Shown here: positions 52,050-63,800 of the stretch, piece by piece
Numbering within the stretch: the stretch's first letter is position 1
Layout: every line of letters begins with the position of its first letter
NCBI RefSeq assembly: GCF_016432865.1
Contig: NC_067403.1
Location: 8,680,001-8,744,000, forward strand
Source of the DNA: Antechinus flavipes
Lineage: Eukaryota
Length of the DNA stretch: 64,000 bases
Reading direction: 5' to 3'
Notes under the pieces: generated by a model
The model's input: the letters and a program-made list of their open reading frames with translations, nothing else
The model's database searches: none
Told to the model about the DNA's origin: nothing
Program-made: the position numbers and the translations under genes

Positions 52050-54339
52050 AAGTCCCCTTCAAACTGATTCTAACAGGAATCTAGCAAGAATTGCACAAAT
52101 GGAGTGAGACAGTTCCTGCTCATGATTCCATTGAACAAATATAGTAAAAAATGCCAATCCTTCCCAAACCTACAGAATTAATGTAATTCTGATCAAAATA
52201 CCAATAGAATTAAAGCGATAACAAAATCCATATGGAGAAACAGACGAACAAGAATGTCAAGAATTATGAAAAAGGAAAAAAAAATCAACAACCCAGTAAC
52301 AAGCCAGAAAATGTGCTACCAAGCAATAATTATAAAAATAGTCTGGCATTGGGAAAATGGAGAAATATCAATGGAACAGAATACCAAAATTAGAAATAGA
52401 ATCCAGTGTATACAAAAGGTCAACGTCTGATGCACATGCTGAAAAAATATTGGAGAATGGAATTGCTATTCTGTAAAAGGGCTGCATGTCAAAGGGGAAA
52501 AAAAGTTGCCTGGATCTGCATTTTTATTATTTACTACAACAGATTTTAAATGATTCAGTGATCTAAATAAATGTTTTAAATTATTTTTAAAAGTAGAAGA
52601 CAAATAAGTAAAAGAATATAAGAATGATAGAATATATTAATAAAGAAAATATAGTAATAGTAAAATAATAATTTCATGTAGAAAGAAGGAATGTTTTATT
52701 AATCAAGCTAACAAATGATAACATTGGAGACAAAACCAATAAGTATGATCAGACAAAAGAAATGCCTTTCATATATCCAAAGCAATGGATTTCCAACTTT
52801 TTGGGGGGAGGGAAGGAAGAAATGGGATCTGAATGTATGATTTTATTACTGAAGAGAACTCTCAAGAGCAAATCTCTCCTACTTTAAGTACATGAGTGCT
52901 TCTGCCTTAGGATAGGGTCTAGGATAGGGACAAGTGAACTTGTCCTTGTTTCCATAACTGGTATGTGCCACTTGAATCCTGTCTATCACCTCTGCCATTC
53001 TACGTCTCACATCAAAAAATTAAAAATCAAGAAATTTATTGAGAGAAAATATTTGCAACGAATACATCAGAAAAAGTTCAGATTTCTAGAATCTGTAAGG
53101 AAATAAATCACAAGGCTAAGAATACATGCTTCCCAATGGGGCAGTGGTGAAAGGACAATTTAAAGAGGAAATAGAAACTTAATAACCCCATGAAAAGATG
53201 CTCAAAATCTCTAATCAAGGAAATGAAAATTAAGACATCAAGAAAGTTACACCTCCCCTCCACTAAAATGGAAAAAATAGCAACAAAATGAAATAAAATC
53301 CAATATTGGTGGTACCAAAGGGAAATAGACACTCCTACATCATACTTGAGAATGTACAAAGGTAAAAATAGAATCCAGTGTATACAAAAGGTCAACGTCT
53401 GATGCACATGCTGAAAAAATATTGGAGAATGGAATTGCTATTCTGTAAAAGGGCTGCATGTCAAAGGGGAAAAAAAGTTGCCTGGATCTGCATTTTTATT
53501 ATTTACTACAACAGATTTTAAATGATTCAGTGATCTAAATAAATGTTTTAAATTATTTTTAAAAGTAGAAGACAAATAAGTAAAAGAATATAAGAATGAT
53601 AGAATATATTAATAAAGAAAATATAGTAATAGTAAAATAATAATTTCATGTAGAAAGAAAGTTTTATTAATCAAGCTAACAAATGATAACATTGGAGACA
53701 AAACCAATAAGTATGATCAGACAAAAGAAATGCCTTTCACATATCCAAAGCAATGGATTCCCAACTTTTTGGGGGGAGGGAAGGAAGAAATGGGATCTGA
53801 ATGTATGATTTTATTACTGAAGAGAACTCTCAAGAGCAAATCTCTCCTACTTTAAGTACATGAGTGCTTCTGCCTTAGGATAGGGTCTAGGATAGGGACA
53901 AGTGAACTTGTCCTTGTTTACATAACTGGTATGTGCCACTTGAATCCTGTCTATCACCTCTGCCATTCTACATCTCACATCGAAAAATTAAAAATCAAGA
54001 AATTTATTGAGAGAAAATATTTGCAACGAATACATCAGAAAAAGTTCAGATTTCTAGAATCTGTAAGGAAATAAATCACAAGGCTAAGAATACATGCTTC
54101 CCAATGGGGCAGTGGTGAAAGGACAATTTAAAGAGGAAATAGAAACTTAATAACCCCATGAAAAGATGCTCAAAATCTCTAATCAAGGAAATGAAAATTA
54201 AGACATCAAGAAAGTTACACCTCCCCTCCACTAAAATGGAAAAAATAGCAACAAAATGAAATAAAATCCAATATTGGTGGTACCAAAGGGAAATAGACAC
54301 TCCTACATCATACTTGAGAATGTACAAAGGTAAAAATAG
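52050..54339 (+). mobile_element. Old L1 ORF2 3' remnants (partly duplicated); related pieces at about 50590-51500
   Basis: acaaaatccatatggagaaacag..; agaaaatatttgcaac..catcagaaaaa; aaaagatgctcaaaatctctaatcaaggaaatgaaaattaag. Confidence 0.65.
52394..54339. repeat. Head-to-tail tandem duplication, units of 972 and 968 bp
   Basis: Copies start at 52394 and 53366; 5 substitutions and one 4-nt indel seen by eye; AAATAG at 52394, 53366 and 54334. Confidence 0.97.
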
Positions 54340-54344
54340 TCTTT

Positions 54345-54468
54345 TTATGAGGCAAGTAAGAGTAAGTGACTTGCCCAGGGTCACACAGCTAGTAAGTGTT
54401 AAATGTCTGAGGCCAGATTTGAATTCAGGTCCTCCAGACTTTAGGGCTGGTGCTCTATCCATTGTGGG
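54345..54468 (-). mobile_element. WSINE1-type short CORE-SINE
   Basis: gaggcaa..aagtgacttgcccagggtcacacagctagtaagtgttaaatgtctgaggccagatttgaattcaggtcctcc..ggtgctctatccattgtg. Confidence 0.8.
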
Positions 54469-54819
54469 ATAAATATTCTGAGAGTAATATGGTAATATTT
54501 AATAAAGCTCCATAAACCAACCATATCTTTCAGCCTAACAAACGTATTGTTAAGCCTTTATCTCATCAGAAAAATGAAGGGGGCAGACTGATAGATTATA
54601 GTTGTAGAGATGGAATTCCAAGTCCTCAGTTCAAATCCTAGTCTTACACTGCACACGTGACATTGCTTTAATTTCCCCATCCTCAGAATGGGAGCATTAC
54701 ACTAAAAGACTTAAGGTGCTTATACATCTGAGGTTCTAGCATTCCCCACTAGTAGACATTATGAGAAATAGAGTATTTGAATAATTTAGCTAAATCATAG
54801 GTGGATGGATGTGAGCTTT

Positions 54820-55325
54820 GGGTCACATTACTTCCTTATTGAGGTAAATTTCACTGGCTTCCTATGGCCTTAAGGATCAACTATAAAAACCCATATTTAG
54901 GATGCATCCTGGCTCTTTCCTATTTTTCCAAGCCTTCTAATATATTACTACCCTGTAAATAGTCTACAATCCAATAAAACTGGCCCATTTGTAGGTAGTC
55001 CCTCACGTTTGACCCTTCATTTCCCATCTCCCACTGCCATGCTTTTGTCCTGGCTAAATACATGTCTAACACATTCCCTTTAATTATTTTGTGGAATCTC
55101 CGATTTCCTTCAAAAGTCAGTGTTAGTTTGCCTTGTTCAGGAAATAATGCCTCCCTCTCCCAAGCCCAGCTGCCAGTGCCAAATGTGTGTTTCTATACTG
55201 TCTCTCCAACTGGACTATAAGCTCCTCGAGGGCAGGAACTGTCACACCTTTGTCTTTGAGCTCCCGGCCCAAATCACAATGTGTAATATGGTGGATGCTT
55301 AATAAATGCTTGTTGATTGACTGAT
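54820..55325 (+). mobile_element. L2 3' fragment
   Basis: ccaactggactataagctcctcgagggcaggaactg..gatgcttaataaatgcttgttgattgactga. Confidence 0.8.
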
Positions 55326-57781
55326 ATATTCTCATGATCAAATGCCAAGATGACAACTATAGAATTCAGTACAAAATAGTGTTAATACTCTATGAAAGTA
55401 AATGACTTAAATAACAAGTAAGCCTACTTATGTTACAGCCTTATTATAAAGTGTCCCCTTGTCATAAACTTTCCTTTCTTTCCCAAAAAGTACCATTTTC
55501 ACATAATAATGGGAAGAACATGGATTTTGAGATGAAGTACTGGGCTCTGCCATTTACTGGCTATGTGACCATTAGAAAGTCATTCAATCTCAGTTAGTTC
55601 CCTATTTTACTATCTTCAAAATGGCAATAATAATAATATTACTTATGTCAGAATGTCATTATAAGGAAAGTTTTGTATACTTTAACATATAGTATATGTG
55701 ATCTACAATCATCAAGATCTCTTCCTTTCCCCTTTCCTCCCCCAAAAAATGGTTCCAAGAATTATTTTTAAATTAGTTAGCTATGTCCACCTAGAGATTT
55801 TAAATGACTACTGCAAGCATTGGAAGTAATCATCTCTTGCTTAAATGTGTGCAGATAACCTTTCTACAAGTTAGGGAAGTTCCTAACTATCTCGGCCATG
55901 TGCTCTCTACTTCCTATTAAAGGAAATTATAGATGGTCAAAGCCTCTTTTCACAATGAGATATTAGAAAAAGGACACAGATGCTCCTGGGAGAGGGAGGA
56001 CATTGTTTTTATTTATTCCTCGATACAAATTATAGATATTATATGTTTTCCTGAGAACAGATTTTGATGGGAAACTAAGTAGATGGGGAGAAAGGTACTT
56101 GGAATGCTAGCAGGAAGGGGAAATTTTAAAAAAGAAGAGGAAGAAAGAAGGAAGAGAGTGAAGAAGGAAAGAAGAGAGGAAAGTTTGGTAATGACAAAGA
56201 TTCTCTACCTTCCAGTTTGGCTTAGGACTGGCACAGATTTCTAAAATGTTGCACATTTTACACCCTCTCCCAAAGTTCCCCATAATTCATAGGGTCATAG
56301 GAACATAAAGGTGGATGGACCTGAGAGGTCACGTTCAGCTTCCTTGACTTCTAGACAGTGACTCCTAGAGATGTAAAATGTCTTATTCGAGGCCAGATTC
56401 TAATCCAGCTCTTCCTACCTCTAAGCTCAGCACTTGAGCCGGGATACCCCATGGCCCCTCCATTAAAGCAACGGTCAAGAGGGAGGCTCCACGGGAAGCA
56501 AAAGCTGAAGCCGTAGCCCATGCCAGGAGAGCTCACATGGAGTGAAATAAGAGAGGCTGGTTGAATTCTTGTAAAGAAAACAAGTGAGAAGACCTTCCAA
56601 ACCCACTGCTGATTAGCTGGCTGCCTCGGTTAATTCCTCTGGGTCTCAATGCCAGCTCTGGATCGCTTTAATTCTCAGGCATCCTCATAATCCCTAAGTG
56701 AAAGCTGACCCAAGTTCCTGGGGATGGATATCTGAAGACTCCAAAAGCATTCTCCTGTTTCCTAGGGATCCCACCCCCAACGCCGATACCGCCCCTCAAT
56801 TTGCACAGTCACGTCCCTCACAAATCCCTTTTTCCATGTCCTCACCAGTATCTGCGGGGGCTCCCTCCGCCAGTCTCCAACACCCAGGGGTCAGTTTCCT
56901 GCCACTCACATCCCCCCAGTGCTAGATGGTGGCACCCAGGGGATACTTTTTTTTTAGTACAGACAGCTGTGAGCCCTTCTCCTCTAATTAAAATAAAAAG
57001 TAACGGTTGGACTTTAAGCTCATAATGGGAAGACACTGCTTATGTTTCCAACAGACCTAAATGGACTAAGCTTCCCTATAGGAATCAAATACCATTAACT
57101 TAATTACAAAGAAAAGAAGTGAAATTCCCCTATGCAAATAAGCCTGAAACAAAGGAAGCTACGGCTCCTCTCTGCTAAATGTGGCTTCCACCAGAATCTG
57201 CTCTGGACCCTCCTTTCTTGCCACACTCTCTGCCTTGGTTCCCAAGGGTTCAGCCGCTCTCTCGAAGTAGATTTCCGAATTAGGTCTGATGATGGTACAA
57301 CTTAAACCATCTCTAACTTTTATGCTACCTCAAACTCCCTATTTCCAAAATGGAGCTCATCTTCTTCACTCCTGAACTCATCCCTCTTCCAATTGCCTTC
57401 ATTTCTTTGGGTCTCTGGGTCATCCTCCCTGTCATCCAGACTGGAAATTTAAGAAAGTTAAAACTTAATCTGTTCCTATGAACAGATACGGAGTCAAGCA
57501 AGCAGAACCAAAGACATCATTATAAAGAGAAATAACTGGAAAGTTGCCTCTGCTAGTTTGTAGAAAGGGTATTTTTGTTCTTTTTGCACAATTAGGGGAA
57601 GGGATGGAGAATGAAAGGCAAAGGAAAATTTAAATGAAAAAAAATTCTTTTGAAAGAAAATTGCTCCTTTTTCTTTTCCCCACCTCATTCAATCACTTGC
57701 TGAGTCCTACCTATTCCACCTCCAGCTTGTTTCCTTTCCATGGGAGATTGCCACTCCCATAATTCAGACCTTCAATGATTC

Positions 57782-59230
57782 TTTTTTTTTTTTTTAAATT
57801 TTTATTTAATAATTACTTTATATTGACACTCGTTTCTGTTCCAATTTTTTTCCCTCCCTCCCTCCACCCCCTCCCCTAGATGGCAAGCAGTCCTTTATAT
57901 GTTGGATATGTTGCAGTATATCCTAGATACAATACATGTTTGCAGAACCGAACAGTTCTCTTGTTGCATAGGGAGAATTGGATTCAGAAGGTATAAATAA
58001 CCCGGGAAGAAAAACAAAAATGCAGATAGTTCACATTCGTTTCCCAGTGTTCTTTCTTTGGGTGTAGCTGCTTTTGTCCGTCATTTATCAATTGAAACTG
58101 AGTCTTTGTCAAAGAAATCCACTTCCATCAAAATATGTCCTCATACAATATCGTTGTCGAAGTGTATAATGATCTCCTGGTTCTGCTCATTTCACTTAGC
58201 ATCAGTTCATGTAAGTCTCGCCAGTCCTCTCTGTATTCATCCTGCTGGTCATTTCTTACAGAACAATAATATTCCATAACATTCATATACCATAATTTAC
58301 CCAGCCATTCTCCAATGGATGGGCATCCATTCATTTTCCAGTTTCTAGCCACTACAAACAGGGCTGCTACAAATATTTTGGCACATACAGGTCCCTTTCC
58401 CTTCTTTAGTATTTCTTTGGGATATAAGCCCAATAGAAACACTGCTGGATCAAAGGGTATGCACAATTTGATAATTTTTTGGGCATAATTCCAGATTGCT
58501 CTCCAGAATGGTTGGATTCGTTCACAACTCCACCAACAATGCAATAGTGTCCCAGTTTTCCCGCATCCCCTCCAACATTCATCATTATTTTTTCCTGTCA
58601 TCTTAGCCAATCTGACAGGTGTGTAATGGTATCTCAGAGTTGTCTTAATTTGCATTTCTCTGATCAATAATGATTTGGAACACTCTTTCATGTGAGTGGT
58701 AATAGTTTCAATTTCATCCTCTGAAAATTGTCTGTTCATATCCTTTGACCATTTATCAATTGGAGAATGGCTTGATTTCTTATAAATTTGAGTCAGTTCT
58801 CTATATATTTTGGAAATGAGGCCTTTATCAGAACCTTTAACTGTGAAAATGTTTTCCCAGTTTGTTGCTTCCCTTCTAATCTTGTTTGCATTAGTTTTAT
58901 TTGTACAAAGGCTTTTTAATTTGATGTAATCGAAATTTTCTATTTTGTGATCAGTAATGGTCTCTAGTTCATCTTTGGTCACAAATTTCTTTCTCCTCCA
59001 CAAGTCTGAGAGATAAACTATTCTATGTTCCTCTAATTTATTTATAATCTCGTTCTTTATGCCTAGGTCATAGACCCATTTTGATCTTATCTTGGTATAT
59101 GGTGTTAAGTGTGGGTCCATGCCTAATTTCTGCCATACTAATTTCCAATTATCCCAGCAGTTTTTATCAAATAATGAATTCTTTTCCCAGAAGTTAGGGG
59201 CTTTGGGTTTGTCAAACACTAGATTGCTAT
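57782..59230 (-). mobile_element. Young 5'-truncated L1 (dasyurid-type) with poly(A) tail
   Basis: T14 at 57782-57795, intact-looking 3' UTR, uninterrupted ORF2 end; L1 similarity stops at ...agattgctat (59230). Confidence 0.97.
58128..59219 (-). pseudogene. L1 ORF2 C-terminal 363 aa (post-RT and cysteine-rich domain), non-autonomous fragment
   Basis: SLFDKNCWDNW, HLTPYTKIRSKW, CWRGCGKTGTLLHCWWSC (CCHC-like), EYYCSVRND motifs of L1 ORF2; EN and RT absent. Confidence 0.95.
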
Positions 59231-59599
59231 TTGGCCTCCGGTGTTTCCTCTTAAGAATCCATTCTTAACAAAAAAGAATAGTTTCGCTTGTTGTGTTGAA
59301 ACTGGAAGTTCACAAGTACAACCTCCCTGATAACTGACATGGAAGTTTTGACGTGTTCCATTTTCAGTCTGGGCCATTTTACTTTTTCTAGCGCAGCCTG
59401 CTGGCCTCCCATTCCTGAGCCCTCAGCATACCAGTACCAGAGCTTCAGTTTTCCCATCACTCAGAATTCCAATTTTAAGCAATTAACCTCAGATCACCTG
59501 AAGCAGGAATTATAGCTATATGCCATTATATCTGGCCCAAAATAATTTTCCTAATTTACTGTCATTCTTCTCAAAAGCTTTGAATGACTCCACAAAGTG

Positions 59600-59740
59600 T
59601 GTTGAACTTAAGTGCTGTCCAAACCGGATTAAAATATAATTGGGAAATGCTTTGCAAAATAAATAAAAATATCATACAACATAAACCAAGTTATTTTGTG
59701 ATTTTCCAAGGTAATATTTGATCTATAAAGATCAATTTCT
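59600..59740. mobile_element. Non-autonomous hAT-like MITE, copy 3
   Basis: ccaaaccggattaaaatataattgggaaatgctttgcaaaataaataaaaat core. Confidence 0.55.
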
Positions 59741-60584
59741 ATCCAAAAATTCAAACTCATAGCTTGGCAATTAAAACCCTACAAACTTTAGAGCCAAGCT
59801 ATCTTCCCAGCTTTATTTCACACTGGCCCCTTCCCCAGCCTCACCTTTTCATCTCCCCACCTCTATATTCCAAACATACTGGATTTTGTGCTAATCCCTA
59901 TTCTCATCTTCCCGCTCATGACTCTTCCTACAGATTGTCCTCTATATGTACTTTCTCCTTTCTTCACCTCCCTACCTACCTCTCCACAAAGTCTGTCCTG
60001 ATCCTCCTAACTGAAAGTGGTTTATCTTCAAAATTTCCCAGAATATTCTGTCTGCATTGACCTTTTATCCCTTACACTCTTTCTTGCCTTACTTAGATGA
60101 ATGTAATATCTTCATTGATCTCTGAGGTCAGAGTTCCTGTTCCTGCTCACTTTCCATCCTGTGTACATGGCATATAATCTCTTGTATTATGTACCTAATG
60201 CTTGTTGAGGTGAGATGAATTTGATTTGTGTGGGGAAGATACCTCAGACTGTAATTGATGTTAATCAAAAGTTTAAAATGGTAGCCACAAAACACTCAGC
60301 GATGTTATGTGGGATTAACCGATATAGGACATTTCAAACAAGGATATTGTTACTCCCAGTGGCCCTCAACTGGTCCATCTATAAAGGTGGAGTTGCAACC
60401 ACCACTTTTTATGAAGGATTTTGTCAAACTAAATGATCAAGAGAAAATATCCCAGATGATGATGAAAAAAAATTTAAAGCATGCTATATAACAATTACTT
60501 TGAGAAAGGAGGGAATGGGAATGGGATCATTATAGTCTCCAAAAATTTTAATTCTAGTTAAATGAAAAAGGGAATATAGAAGAA

Positions 60585-60780
60585 AGCTAGAACCAATCAG
60601 TGGAAATTAAGAAAGAGGCAGATTTTAGCTCCATCCAAGGAAGAATTTCCTGACAAGAAAAATTCCTCGATACTATGAACTGTGTTTGGGAGTCTTCCAG
60701 CAAGGACACGCAGTGGGTGTCATAGGGAGAATTCACTGCATATAGAGCTGAACCAAAGGACCTCTAAGGTCTCTTGATAG
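60585..60780 (+). mobile_element. L3/CR1 3' end
   Basis: gaaattaagaaagaggcagattttagctc..aggaagaatttcctgaca..aaaggacctctaaggtc. Confidence 0.55.
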
Positions 60781-60859
60781 ATTTCTGTGTTGCTATTGGT
60801 TACTATGGATATTTTAATGCTGGAATAGGAAAAGACTTAAAAACTAACAGTCTTGGATC

Positions 60860-61100
60860 CCCAATGCACCTCTGAATGTCAGTGTGGATAATCAAAAACC
60901 ATCCCTGATTGACAGGTGGCTGCCGTACTTCCCAGCCCTGTTGCTAGAAAGCTCTAATATTAATGCTTATTTGTGTTCTCACAGCATTTACACAGCGCCT
61001 TTCCCACAAATCTGGTGTGAATATGGGTTACTTGTTTATATTTATCTATCCCCGTGCACACACAGCCGCCCAGGCCTGCTGTGAGGTCCTAGAAATGCAT
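60860..61100. promoter_or_regulatory. Candidate enhancer with PBX-MEIS/PREP decamer
   Basis: TGATTGACAG at 60906-60915 overlapping CAGGTG E-box (60913-60918); TGTTTAT forkhead-like site near 61034; unique sequence. Confidence 0.45.
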
Positions 61101-61489
61101 GTCTTGGCTTCCTGCCTCTGAAAACTGCCATTTTGCTCAGGATTGTCTGATTCTTGTTTCTCAGGGATGTCCCGACTGTATTTTTCCCTCTCTCTTTTTC
61201 TTGGGTTTGTTTTCAGAATCCCTCCTCAGCGTGCTCACACTGAAAGGCCTTCTGCTTATGCTTCATACACCTCGGGTTTTAATTTCAGAGGAAGAGTCAT
61301 AAATAGCCAGTCCTTCAGTTTGAAAAGGCGCACTAATAATTCTGCAAACAAGCTGAAGGAGGCTGGAGATAAGCAGTCAAAATGTTTGGAAGCAGCAGAA
61401 GCTTCCGGCCATACCTGGAGAAGGGATTTCATTGAGGAGGGGAAGAAAGTGAATTTCAGTATTTATAACAGACAAAAATAACTAATTCA

Positions 61490-62006
61490 ACATCATTTTT
61501 AAAACAATATTGTTGTTACTATTATATAATGTTATTTTGCTTCTGATCATTTCACTCTTCATTATTTCATGCAAGCCTTTCCATGTGTTTCTAAGATTAT
61601 GGAGTTCATCATTTCTGATAGAACACAGTAGTAATGAATTAATCATATACTACAACTTATTGAACCATTCCATAATTGATGGCCTTTCCGGAAATTTCTA
61701 GTTTTTTGGCACCCCAAAGAGAGCAGCTATAAACATTTTAGAACATGTAGGTAGGTCCTTTTCTTTTTTTCCCCTAATCATCTTTGAAAATAGACCAAGT
61801 AATGGTATTTGGATCAAAGGACATAGGTAGTTTAATAACTCTTTGGGCATAATTCCAGATTGCTCTCCAAAATGGTAGGATCATTTTACAATTCCACCAA
61901 CAATGAATTACAGAAAGCGCATTTGAAGTGAATAGAGCAAAATAAATGGGACAAAAGGTTTTTGTACGAAATATATATATATGTATGTGTGTGTGTATAT
62001 ATATAT

Positions 62007-62046
<40 letters not shown>

Positions 62047-62480
62047 CGCCAAAATTAGAAGGAAAGTAGAAAATTGAGGGGAGGGAGGGGGAATTTGATT
62101 AAATTAGTATTCCAACTTTTCCACATCCCCTCCAACATTGCCTAAAGTAATATAAGATGAAAGTGACAATCTGCTAGGTGTAAAATGAGTAACTCAAGGT
62201 TATTTTAATCTGCATTTCTCTAATCGATAATGATTTAGAGTATTTTTATATGACTATAAATTGTTTTGATTGGAAAACTGCCGGTTCGTGTCCTTTGACC
62301 ATTTATCAATTGAGGAATGATTCATTCTTATACATTTCACAAAGTTCTTTATTTTAGATATGAGATCTTTATCTGATAAACTATAAATTTTTTTTCCAAT
62401 TTTCTGATTTCCTTTTAATCTTGGCTATATTTGTTTTATTTGCACAAAAACTATTTATCCCTCATGTTTTGCTCTATTCA
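61490..62480 (-). mobile_element. L1 3' fragments with embedded (TA)/(TG) microsatellite (61973-62046)
   Basis: ORF 61774 contains HCWWNCKMILPFWRAIWNYAQRVIKL (L1 ORF2 C-terminus). Confidence 0.88.
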
Positions 62481-63319
62481 CTTCAAAACATTTAAAGAAT
62501 GAATTCATGGGCTTCATCAGAGCGCCCAAGGGATCCACAACACAATCCCTGAAATAGGCCGAACCCCCCATTTTATAAATGAGAAATTTTAGTCCAAAAG
62601 GGCACAGAGTGCTTAGCCTAACAGTCCATTTTCTCATCTGTAAGACATGGAGAAGGTAGAAAAGAAAAACTCCTTTGAGAGGCAGCAGGGCATGATGGAT
62701 AAGGCACTGGGCTTGGGTATGACTTCCAACTCAGCCAAGTGGCTTACCAGCTGTGTAATCCTGTACCTGTGCCTCACTTATAGTATGAGGAGCCTATGAA
62801 GCACCCCCTAAGTCTAAATGTACAACTCTCTGACTACAACGTTGCAAATGAAAAGACTGCCTAACTTAGAACTCTATGTTTAATCAAATCAAAATTCTAA
62901 AATCAATAAAATCAATTTAAATCAATAAAAAATCTGAAAGTCCCAAAGAATAAATAATGAAACCTACTCCTTCCTCATGGCAGAAAAGCAGTGGGTGTTG
63001 GGACAGACTTCAGTACTCTGCCAGTTTAGTCGTTGTATTGGATGGTTTTCCAATTGTTTTTCTTTGTCAAAAGAATGGGTTGAAATGACTGTGATATAGA
63101 GACAAACAGAAACAAAGGAAAAAACTATAACAGAAATGGGGTGGAAGGGAATAGAGCAGATATAGGCAGTGGAACCAGTACTCAAATGAGCTAAAGGTCA
63201 CAGAAGTGGCCCCAATCTATTTGAGAACTAGTCACTTAGTAGGCTAGGGTTAGTAAGTCTATTACAACTGCTTTAGGATTTAGAGACCTTCAGAAAGAAG
63301 GCAATGGCCAATGATTCTA

Positions 63320-63700
63320 ATGGCTTTTATTATTATTACATGTGCACACAGAAAAGCTTCAGAGATAACTGGACTATCCAAGACCAGAAGTGCAGGTAGT
63401 GAACCTAGTCCCCTCCTATCTTTTCAGTCTACTGATATCATATTCCCCTACAAGTATTCTTCAAATCAGGGACACTAGCCTCCTGGCTGCCCCCAAGACA
63501 TTCTAACTCTTATAAAAGGACATTTTCTCTGAGACTTTCATTCCTAGAATATACTCCCTCCTCCTCCGATTACTGATCTCCCAGGTTCCTTTAAGTCTCA
63601 TCACTTAAAATCTCATTTTCTACTGAAGACCTTTCCCAATCTCTCTTAATTCCATTGCCTTCTATTAATTATTTTCTATTTATTCTATACATAGCTTGAC

Positions 63701-63749
<49 letters not shown>

Positions 63750-63800
63750 CGCACGTGCTTAGCATACTGTCCAAAACATAGTGGGCACTTTGATTGTTTA
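63320..63800 (+). mobile_element. L2 3' fragment with embedded microsatellite
   Basis: cattcctagaatatactccctcctc..cttaaaatctcattttctactgaagacctttccc..gcttagcatactgtcc. Confidence 0.6.
63699..63758. repeat. 60-bp uninterrupted alternating purine-pyrimidine tract
   Basis: ac(at)4(gt)16 gcgcgcgtgcgcacgtgc. Confidence 0.9.

Larger units (their letters stand above)
57290..60215 (+). mobile_element. L2 split by several later insertions
   Basis: L2 text at 57290-57480, 57690-57781, about 59490-59595 and 59740-60215 appears collinear with L2 consensus order (by eye). Confidence 0.55.

Noticed and set aside
53108-54462. Two near-identical minus-strand ORFs suggesting paralogous genes
   Set aside because: Antisense L1 translations copied by the tandem duplication
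55868-55890. Short hairpins (agttagg-n6-cctaact here; ggacaagt-ga-acttgtcc near 52928)
   Set aside because: 7-8-bp stems are expected by chance in 64 kb
59570-59592. ctttgaatgactc as the missing TSD of the young L1
   Set aside because: Several mismatches to cttcaatgattc, too many for so young an insertion; fits L2 host sequence instead
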